Below are positions 56,839 to 64,000 of a DNA stretch of 64,000 bases, piece by piece (position 1 is the first letter of the stretch; each line of letters starts with the position of its first letter). Both the position numbers and the translations under genes were made by a program. Under the pieces are notes generated by a model. It saw only the letters and a program-made list of their open reading frames with translations, had not been told where the DNA came from and ran no database searches. Location of the stretch: NCBI GenBank assembly GCA_910588405.1, contig CAJUPT010000003.1, positions 43,765-107,764 on the forward strand, read 5' to 3'. Source of the stretch: an uncultured Lachnospiraceae bacterium (GTDB taxonomy: Bacteria; Bacillota; Clostridia; Lachnospirales; Lachnospiraceae).

Positions 56839-58968
56839 CTATTTTGGGCCCTTTTTTGTCTCCAACACCAGACTTCCTATCGATTGTATCTGCACATTAT
56901 TTGCAATCTCATTAAATGAGAGTACCCGCACATTGGGATAAAACTGTTCGATCAGGCGATAAAAATGCACCCGCATCACCTGGGAGGTTAAAATCACCGG
57001 TGTCTGCGCCAGACTGCTGAATTTTTTCAGCTGCTCTGCCAGCTGGCGTACCAGACTTTGAAGAATATCCGGGCTTAAAGAAAGATAAAAGCCATTCTCC
57101 CCTCTGGTCAGCGCTCCCACCATCGTCCGTTCCAGTTCGGAATCCATCGTGATCACCCGCATACTGCCATCCTCGCAGTAAATTCGGGTGATCGTCCTTC
57201 TTAAGGAGGTCCTGATCCGCTCCACCAGACCATCGATTTCCTTGGTCGGAACGCCGTTTTCCGTAATATATTCTATGGTTGTTTCCAATATTGTTTCCAG
57301 ATCCTTGATTGGGATTCCTTCTTTTAACAGATTTGTGAGAATCCGCTGTAAAAGAGCATAGGACACCAGGTTCGGGAATGCCTCGTCCACCAGCTCAGGC
57401 GCCGCGCTCTTCACATTTTCCACCAGGTGCACCACCTCCTGCCGGCTGATCAGCTCATAGGCATGCTGCTTGATCACCTCGGACAAGTGCGTTACCATAA
57501 CGGACAATGGATCGATGACCGTGTAGCCGTACAACTCGGCCCGTTCTCTGTCCTCTGGCTTAATCCATCGGCTGGGGATACCATAGGCCGGCTCCACCGT
57601 CTCGATACCGTCTACCTCATGCTCCAAATTCGCCGGCTCTAAAGCCAGGTAATAATCTACCAAAATCTCGCCCTTGGCTACTTCCTCCCCCTTGACCTTG
57701 ATCGAATACTGATTGATACTGAGTCCGGAGCTGTCCCGCAGACGAATGGAAGGAATGACAAAACCCATATCCTGAGCATACTGCCGTCGGAAGATAACGA
57801 TTCGGCTGATCAGCCGCCCGCCCACCGACTCATCCACCAGCGGAATCAGGCTGTAGCCAAATTCCATCTCAATGGGCTCCACGGTAAGCAATGTATAAAT
57901 ATTATTGACATCCTTAAAGTATTCTTCCTCTGACTGGGGCGGGGGCGCGGCCTCTTCCTGGGGCGCCATAGGCTCCTGCCCAGCCATAGCCGCTCCAAAT
58001 GCGGCTGCATTTCTCAGTGTTGGCTCCTGAGAAACCTTGACCGAGAGATAGTAACCTACACCGATCAGCCCAGCCGCCACAATCCAGAGCTGAATGCGCG
58101 GCATGCCCGGAATCACGGACATCACGGCGATCACAACACCACTGATCATGATTGCTCTGGGCTGTGCTAAGAACTGCTTTGAAACGTCGTCGTTCAGGCT
58201 GCCCTCAGACACCGCACGGGTTACGATCATACCCGTGGCCGTGGAGATCAGCAGCGCCGGAATCTGAGATACCAGACCATCGCCTATGGTGGCAATCGAA
58301 TAGGTATTCAACACCTCTCCTATGGTCTGGCCGCCCTGGACCATACCGATGATCACACCACCGATCATATTGACACCAGTGGTAATCAGGGACATGGTGG
58401 CGTCGCCCTTTACAATCTTTGTGGCACCATCCATGGCGCCGTAAAAGTCAGCCTCTCTCTGAATCTTTTCACGGCGGCCCTTCGCCTCCTGCTCATCGAT
58501 CAGACCGGAGCTTAAATCGGCATCAATGGCCATCTGCTTACCCGGCATAGCATCCAAGGTAAATCTAGCCGCAACCTCAGCCACACGCTCGGCGCCCTTG
58601 GTGATTACAATAAACTGCATCAGCAAGATAATCAGGAAGATTACCACGCCGACTACTACGTTGCCCTGGAGAATAAAATCACCGAAGGCAGCGATAATCT
58701 GACCAGAGGAACCGCCATTGGTCAGGATGTTCCTGGTCGTAGAAACGTTGATCCCCAGACGAAACAGCGTAGTGACCAGCAAAAGAGACGGAAATATGGA
58801 AAATTCCAGTGCGTCTCTGATCGTCATGGTGATCACCAGAATCATCAGGGACAGAGACATATTCAATATAATTGCCAAATCCACAACGCCTGCCGGAAGC
58901 GGTATGATCAGAAGCAGGATGATGACGAGTACAAACATCACCACCGAATAGCTCATTAACTTTTTCAT
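56839..58968 (-). CDS. flhA: flagellar export apparatus protein FlhA
   Basis: 709 aa with N-terminal TM domain and C-terminal cytoplasmic domain. FlhA signatures (FPSLLLVTTLFRLGINVSTTR, GDGLVSQIPALLIS). Confidence 0.95.
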   Translation of the reverse strand: MKKLMSYSVVMFVLVIILLLIIPLPAGVVDLAIILNMSLSLMILVITMTIRDALEFSIFPSLLLVTTLFRLGINVSTTRNILTNGGSSGQIIAAFGDFILQGNVVVGVVIFLIILLMQFIVITKGAERVAEVAARFTLDAMPGKQMAIDADLSSGLIDEQEAKGRREKIQREADFYGAMDGATKIVKGDATMSLITTGVNMIGGVIIGMVQGGQTIGEVLNTYSIATIGDGLVSQIPALLISTATGMIVTRAVSEGSLNDDVSKQFLAQPRAIMISGVVIAVMSVIPGMPRIQLWIVAAGLIGVGYYLSVKVSQEPTLRNAAAFGAAMAGQEPMAPQEEAAPPPQSEEEYFKDVNNIYTLLTVEPIEMEFGYSLIPLVDESVGGRLISRIVIFRRQYAQDMGFVIPSIRLRDSSGLSINQYSIKVKGEEVAKGEILVDYYLALEPANLEHEVDGIETVEPAYGIPSRWIKPEDRERAELYGYTVIDPLSVMVTHLSEVIKQHAYELISRQEVVHLVENVKSAAPELVDEAFPNLVSYALLQRILTNLLKEGIPIKDLETILETTIEYITENGVPTKEIDGLVERIRTSLRRTITRIYCEDGSMRVITMDSELERTMVGALTRGENGFYLSLSPDILQSLVRQLAEQLKKFSSLAQTPVILTSQVMRVHFYRLIEQFYPNVRVLSFNEIANNVQIQSIGSLVLETKKGPK

Positions 58969-60041
58969 CGGAACATCTCCTCCCGGTGATTCTGTTTATA
59001 GATATAAACGAGAATCTCGGCTACCGCCCCATAATATTCCGCAGGTATCTCCTGGTCTAAATTACAGGCGGCATAAAGGGCTCTGGCCAGCGGCCTGTTT
59101 TCTATAATTGACACGCCATGCTCCTCCCCTGTATGGATAATACGCAGCGCCAGATTATCCTGGCCCTTGGCCAAAACAATGGGCGCTCCGTGTTTTTTCG
59201 GTTCATATTTCAGCGCGACTGCAAAATGTGTAGGATTCCGGACGATCACATCGGCCTGAGGCACCTTCTGCATCATACGACTCATCGCCATCTGACGCTG
59301 AATCCGGCGGATTCTTCCCTTGATCTCGGGATTTCCCTCAGTCTGTTTGTACTCGTCCTTTACCTCTTGTTTGGTCATCTTCAAGTTCTTTTCATAATCC
59401 CAGCGCTGATAAAGGAAATCAAAAAAAGCGACAACCGTAAATGCGATACACACCTTCATCACCAGGTTGAAGGCAGTGTTTAACATAGCAACAGCCGAAT
59501 TCATCGGCGTCATGTCGATCATTCTGGACATGGTGATCATCTCATCCTTCAACATATTATAGAGAAGGAAGATCAGCAATGTCAGCTTAACCAGGTTTTT
59601 CAGAAGATCCACGATCTTCTTCAGCGAAAACAGCTTTTTCAAACCCGATATAGGATTCAGCTTGCTTAGCTTTGGCCTGATTACTTTAAAAGTAATATTA
59701 AAGCGGGTCTGAGCTCCATGGGACAAAATTCCCAACAGCATCGTCACCAGTAAAAGGGGCATCGCACACTTGACAAATACCCATAAAAATCTATAAACGA
59801 TCTGAACGGACAGCATCAGACTGCCGTCCAGGCTTATTCTGTCTAAGATCTCTTTCAGAAAGCTTGTGAGCTCGCGGTACATAGTGGGAATCCAAAGACG
59901 CAGCATCCAGAAAACGCCAAACAGCATGACCACCGTTGCGACATCCTTACTCTGAAATACATTTCCTTCTTTTCTGGCGTCTCTTCGGTGCTTACTAGTT
60001 GGTTGTTCTGTTTTTTCCTGACCATTGCTGCCCTCAGCCAC
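58965..60041 (-). CDS. flhB: flagellar export apparatus protein FlhB
   Basis: NPTH autocleavage motif (VIVRNPTHFAVAL) and N-terminus KTEQPTSKHRRDARKEGNVFQSKD. Confidence 0.95.
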   Translation of the reverse strand: MAEGSNGQEKTEQPTSKHRRDARKEGNVFQSKDVATVVMLFGVFWMLRLWIPTMYRELTSFLKEILDRISLDGSLMLSVQIVYRFLWVFVKCAMPLLLVTMLLGILSHGAQTRFNITFKVIRPKLSKLNPISGLKKLFSLKKIVDLLKNLVKLTLLIFLLYNMLKDEMITMSRMIDMTPMNSAVAMLNTAFNLVMKVCIAFTVVAFFDFLYQRWDYEKNLKMTKQEVKDEYKQTEGNPEIKGRIRRIQRQMAMSRMMQKVPQADVIVRNPTHFAVALKYEPKKHGAPIVLAKGQDNLALRIIHTGEEHGVSIIENRPLARALYAACNLDQEIPAEYYGAVAEILVYIYKQNHREEMFR

Positions 60042-60191
60042 TATCTCACATCCTTTCTTTTCACCGACCCTTCGGCTTTCTCATGAAAATCGATCTGAAA
60101 ACCCTTTCAGATCCTTCTTCTTCCACATGCAGACTTCATCTATCAGTTGTTCCATCCATTACATCTATCTGTCCATACAAAGCATGTTCCG

Positions 60192-60947
60192 TCATGGAGT
60201 CAGCAGCAAAAGAAGCGTGTCCATAAATGCAAACATATTGTCAAAAATCTGATAAATCCGGTCGGACATAGGACTGAACAAAATCAAAAGCGTAAGCAGT
60301 CCCACTATAATTTTTATCTGAAAATTCACGGAAAATACGTTAATCTGAGGAATCATCCGCATCAAAATCCCCACCGCCGCCTCCGTCACCAGCTCGATGG
60401 CGATCAGCGGAAAAGCGTACTGCAGTCCCATCGCGATATTTTCCCGAAAGACAACGAGAATCGCCTGAGGCAACTCCATATTCAGCGTCACCATGCCGAA
60501 GGGAAGTACGTCAGCCGACCGGAAAAAAATCTGGATCACCCGCAAATGACAATTGGTGGCAAAAAACAGCAGTACTAAAAAACCATAATAGATACCGGAA
60601 GTAACCGTCACCTGACCATTGAATTGGGGATCATATACCTGCGCCATGCTAAGACCCATGGAAAAATCCATAATTGCGGAGGCAAACCGGATGATCATAA
60701 TTGCCAGCTCCATGGAAAAGCTCAGGGTAAAGCCTACAAAAAGCTCCTTCATCATCATCACGCCATATTCCAGCAGTCCCCTTGGCTGATGCATCAGCTC
60801 CCCCCCAAAGCCACTGTATAAAAGCAGCGAGAGAAGGAGAATCAATCCTGTCTTCATCCTGGCAGGCACATTGTTCCTTCCAAAAATCGGATTAAAGACG
60901 ATAGCTCCGGTCATGCGCATGATAATCAAAGATAACAGGATCAACAT
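60192..60947 (-). CDS. fliR: flagellar export apparatus protein FliR
   Basis: 251-aa polytopic membrane protein located between fliQ and flhB. Confidence 0.8.
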   Translation of the reverse strand: MLILLSLIIMRMTGAIVFNPIFGRNNVPARMKTGLILLLSLLLYSGFGGELMHQPRGLLEYGVMMMKELFVGFTLSFSMELAIMIIRFASAIMDFSMGLSMAQVYDPQFNGQVTVTSGIYYGFLVLLFFATNCHLRVIQIFFRSADVLPFGMVTLNMELPQAILVVFRENIAMGLQYAFPLIAIELVTEAAVGILMRMIPQINVFSVNFQIKIIVGLLTLLILFSPMSDRIYQIFDNMFAFMDTLLLLLTP

Positions 60948-60950
60948 AGG

Positions 60951-61214
60951 CTACCCCTCAGCGATCATATTAAAAATCATAATCATAAATTCATGGATCG
61001 AATTCAGCATAGAGCCGCCCAGTACGCTCAAAGTGACAAGGAGCGCCAAAAGCTTTGGCACAAAGGTCAGCGTCTGCTCGCTGATCTGGGTAGCCGCCTG
61101 AAAAATAGCGATAATAATACCCACGATCATACTGATCAGCAAAAGAGGCAGCGCCAGGCGAACCACAAGCTGAAACATCTGGTATAAGGTATCCATGACC
61201 TCCACATTACTCAA
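60951..61214 (-). CDS. fliQ: flagellar export apparatus protein FliQ
   Basis: 87 aa, two TM helices, motif LVVRLALPLLLISMIVGIIIAIFQAATQISEQTLTFVPKL. Confidence 0.9.
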   Translation of the reverse strand: MSNVEVMDTLYQMFQLVVRLALPLLLISMIVGIIIAIFQAATQISEQTLTFVPKLLALLVTLSVLGGSMLNSIHEFMIMIFNMIAEG

Positions 61215-61240
61215 TTATGCCACCTCCATGAATGCGGACA

Positions 61241-61900
61241 CTACTTAAAGCCAGCCACAATGCTGGAAAACAGCAGGCCCCATCCATCTACAGTCACAAA
61301 CAACAACAATTTAAAAGGCAACGACACCATTGACGGCGGCAGCATAACCATACCCATAGCCATCAGCGTGGTGGCAACCACAATATCTATCAAGAGGAAT
61401 GGCAGATAAATCAGAAAGCCTGACATAAATCCCCGCTTCAGCTCACTGGTCATAAACGCAGGAATGACCACGGTCAGCGGATAATCCTCCGGATTGTCCC
61501 GCACCTCCGTATCTGACATCCTGACAAACATATCCAGACTGTCCTTTTGGGTATTCCGAATCATAAACTCCTTCAGCGGGCCTACCATTCTCGTGACCGC
61601 CTCCTGCGGGCCGATCTCTCCCTGTATATAAGGGGCATAAGCTTGCGTATTGATCTCCTCGATCACCGGACTCATGATAAAAAGCGTCAGAAACAGGGCG
61701 ATTCCGGTCAATACCATGTTCGGCGGCGTGGACTGAACGCCGATCGCGCTTCGGGTAAAGGACAGGATAATAATTGTCCTGGCAAAGGAGGTTACCATCA
61801 CCGCCAGGGACGGCAGGAGCGCGATCATTGTCATCAGGAAGATCAGATCCAGCGTCGGCACGCTTCCGCCGTTTAATCCCGTCAAAAGCTCATCCAGCAT
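61241..61900 (-). CDS. fliP: flagellar export apparatus protein FliP
   Basis: FliP signatures ([68 protein letters not shown]). Confidence 0.95.
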   Translation of the reverse strand: [219 protein letters not shown]

Positions 61901-62268
61901 TAGTGTTTCTCTCCTTTTTTCTTTTCCCTGAGCGTTCCGTAGGCTTTTAACAGCTCCTGAAAGCCAGGTGCTTGGCTGCCTCCGGCCGGGACGTCCTCTG
62001 GCTCCCAGACAAAATCCTCAGGCTCCGACAGCAGCTGCACCCCTGCCGGACTGACACCTAAAAGATAGGTATGCTCCTGAAGCCTCACCAGAAGCAGATA
62101 TCGATCCGCCCCTACCTGAACCCGGTCGATGATCTTCAAGTATGTTCCGGATACGCTGCCTCCGTAGCGCTTGCCTAGGTATCGGCTGCACCAATAGGCC
62201 AGAACCAGAATGACAATGACCCACATCAGCGCGCCAATCAGGGATATGATAGGATCTCCACTCCCCAT
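61900..62268 (-). CDS. fliO: flagellar biosynthesis protein FliO/FliZ
   Basis: 122 aa with one N-terminal TM segment. Located directly upstream of fliP, with which it overlaps by 1 nt. Confidence 0.65.
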   Translation of the reverse strand: MGSGDPIISLIGALMWVIVILVLAYWCSRYLGKRYGGSVSGTYLKIIDRVQVGADRYLLLVRLQEHTYLLGVSPAGVQLLSEPEDFVWEPEDVPAGGSQAPGFQELLKAYGTLREKKKGEKH

Positions 62269-63644
62269 TACAGAGTCTCCGGATTTAGATTTCTGGTTAT
62301 AATCTCAGTGATACGGATACCAAAGTTATCCTCAACTACTACTACGTCTCCTCTGGCAATACACTGACCGTTTACATACAGATCGGCCTGCTCTCCCGCC
62401 ATTTTATCCAAAACCACCAGAGAGCCCTGGGTAAATTCCAGAATATCTCCCACCAGTTTTTTCGCTCTTCCGATCTCCACAGATACCTCTAACGGCACCT
62501 TCAGAAGCATTTCCTGATTCACATGATCTTCGCCGTCTCCCCCTTCTCCTTCACCATCAAAGGAAGCAGAATCCAGCGGACGGATGATCGAAGGCTCTGC
62601 AGGCGCTTCTCGCTTCGCTGTGCCGCCCTTCTTCATCTCGTTGATCATTTCCATCATCTGCATTTGAGACTGCTGCATCTGGGTAATCAGCTGAAGCATC
62701 ATCGGGTCCTGCGCCGACTGCTGGTATACAGGCATCATCTGAGGCATCGGCTGCATCTGAGGCGCTGCCTGCATTTGCGGTGCCGCCATCTGAGGCACAG
62801 GTGCGGGCTCCGGTGTCGGCGCTGCTTCTGCCGCTCCGCCTCCCATCAATGCTTCGATCTCTGCCTGAGACAGCGTTCCGCCTCCTGCTGATGCCGCAGG
62901 CTCCGGTGTCGGCGCTGCTTCCGCTGCTCCGCCTCCCATCAATGCTTCGATCTCTGCCTGAGACAGCGTTCCGCCTCCTGCTGATGCTGCTTCCGCAGCC
63001 GGTGCGGCAGCCTCGGGCTCCGGCGCTGCCTTTGGCGCTTCGTTGGCAAACCCTGCCTGGAAAGGCTTCAGAAGCCGTTTCGCCAGGTCCTCTGACATAA
63101 TATTCAAAAATTCGCTTTTCAGCTTTCCCTCCACTTCCAGATCAAAGCTTACTACCACTTTGCTTCCGTCCGTGGTCACAAAATATTTCTCTCTAAATTC
63201 CTCTTCGCTGGCCACCTCAAAGGCCTTCGGCGTAGAGATATTTACCGTCATTCCAAGGAACTCCGACAGAGCCGTAGCGGAAGAACCCATCATCTGGTTC
63301 ATCACCTCACAGATTGCACTGCGGTTGATCTCATCCAGCTCAAAAGTTTCCTCCGGAATCTCCATGCCCATCAGCATTCCTACGATAATACGCACATCGT
63401 TGCGGCTGAACATCATGACATTGCTGCCATCCAGCCCTTCCACATAGGCAATCTCCACCGCAACGGCAGGCTCCAGCCTCCTGAAATCAAAATCCTGATC
63501 TCTCAGTATTCTGACTACGGGAGTGGTGATATGCACGGTGTTCCCCAGCAGCGTGGATACTGCCGTGGCAGACGCGCCAAGGCTGATATTCATTATTTCG
63601 CCTATCGCGTCGATTTCCATTTCATTAAAGGTGCAAGCGCCCAT
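62268..63644 (-). CDS. fliY: flagellar motor switch phosphatase FliY (CheC-like domains + FliN/SpoA C-terminal domain) with internal 31-aa tandem duplication
   Basis: Two CheC-like repeats (EIDAIGEIMNISLGASATAVSTLLG and EINRSAICEVMNQMMGSSATALSEFLG). C-terminal FliN domain (LLKVPLEVSVEIGRAKKLVGDILEFTQGSLVVLDK). GAAGGAG RBS 8 nt upstream. Confidence 0.85.
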   Translation of the reverse strand: MGACTFNEMEIDAIGEIMNISLGASATAVSTLLGNTVHITTPVVRILRDQDFDFRRLEPAVAVEIAYVEGLDGSNVMMFSRNDVRIIVGMLMGMEIPEETFELDEINRSAICEVMNQMMGSSATALSEFLGMTVNISTPKAFEVASEEEFREKYFVTTDGSKVVVSFDLEVEGKLKSEFLNIMSEDLAKRLLKPFQAGFANEAPKAAPEPEAAAPAAEAASAGGGTLSQAEIEALMGGGAAEAAPTPEPAASAGGGTLSQAEIEALMGGGAAEAAPTPEPAPVPQMAAPQMQAAPQMQPMPQMMPVYQQSAQDPMMLQLITQMQQSQMQMMEMINEMKKGGTAKREAPAEPSIIRPLDSASFDGEGEGGDGEDHVNQEMLLKVPLEVSVEIGRAKKLVGDILEFTQGSLVVLDKMAGEQADLYVNGQCIARGDVVVVEDNFGIRITEIITRNLNPETL

Positions 63645-63685
63645 TTCCTAATCTCCTTCTACATACGTCAATGTTTTCCCATCAG

Positions 63686-64000
63686 CTATTTGCCGATCTC
63701 CAGCGCTTTCTGCGCCATTGCTTTAATTGCGTTCAGGGCCGTAACATTGGCTTCATAAGAACGGGTCGCAGACATACTGTCAACGGTCTCCTTCAGCAGA
63801 TCCACATTGGGGATATTCACATACCCATTCTCATCCGCATCCGGATGCTCCGGATTATAAACCCGTTTAAATTCACGGTCATCCTCCACGATGGCGGAAA
63901 CCCGGACGCCTGTCTTCGTGTTTGTCGTATAGCCTTTCCCATGGGCCGCGTTCTGCAAAGCCTCCTGAAAGGATTGTTCCCCATAACTTTCAAATGTAAC
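63686..64000 (-). CDS. flgC: flagellar basal-body rod protein (FlgC-like), 3' portion; gene continues beyond the window end
   Basis: C-terminal rod-protein domain YVNIPNVDLLKETVDSMSATRSYEANVTAL. The reading frame stays open to position 64000. Confidence 0.55.
   Translation of the reverse strand, partial: VTFESYGEQSFQEALQNAAHGKGYTTNTKTGVRVSAIVEDDREFKRVYNPEHPDADENGYVNIPNVDLLKETVDSMSATRSYEANVTALNAIKAMAQKALEIGK

Noticed and set aside
1-64000. CRISPR arrays, rRNA, tRNA genes, IS elements or integrases
   Set aside because: No regularly spaced short direct repeats, no rRNA-like conserved stretches, no cloverleaf-compatible tRNA candidates besides the tmRNA tRNA-like domain, and no transposase or integrase ORFs were seen.

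Overview
This 64-kb window looks like a chromosomal segment from a Firmicutes (Clostridia/Lachnospiraceae-like) genome, read from the sequence alone with no database searches. It divides into four parts.

- **1-5.2 kb:** a partial EF-G-family GTPase, then an aromatic amino-acid biosynthesis operon (aroF-tyrA-aroA).
- **5.3-16 kb:** a MATE efflux pump; a small AT-rich islet carrying a Panacea (DUF4065) antitoxin with an overlapping unknown toxin candidate; a TetR regulator; the conserved MoxR ATPase / DUF58 / transglutaminase operon; an alanine/glycine:cation symporter; and an XRE regulator.
- **16.5-33 kb:** the housekeeping block tmRNA-smpB, secG, eno, a BI-1 family protein, a YjfB-like small protein, threonine aldolase, carB, an ArsR regulator with a zinc-ribbon HExxH protein, an RlmD-like rRNA methyltransferase, pcrA and an SPFH protein.
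- **33-64 kb:** an XRE regulator with a small 2TM protein, then a large flagellar/chemotaxis regulon. It contains a low-GC flagellin-glycosylation islet (tandem GT8 paralogs and a GT2-TPR gene) next to fliC, then flgM-flgN-flgK-flgL-(hypothetical)-fliW-csrA, an uncharacterised nucleotidyltransferase, fliT-like/fliS/fliD, a YvyF(ComFB)-like gene, a ParA-like ATPase, a PocR-MCP protein, cheV/cheD/cheC, flgG/flgF, fliA, and flhA-flhB-fliR-fliQ-fliP-fliO-fliY-flgC.

I saw no CRISPR array, rRNA or tRNA gene. The most notable non-genic signal is a ~107-nt element present as two tandem copies plus one diverged copy in the leaders of the flgF and flgG rod genes. The best candidate for an undescribed system is the translationally coupled PanA (Panacea)-toxin pair at 6794-7679.
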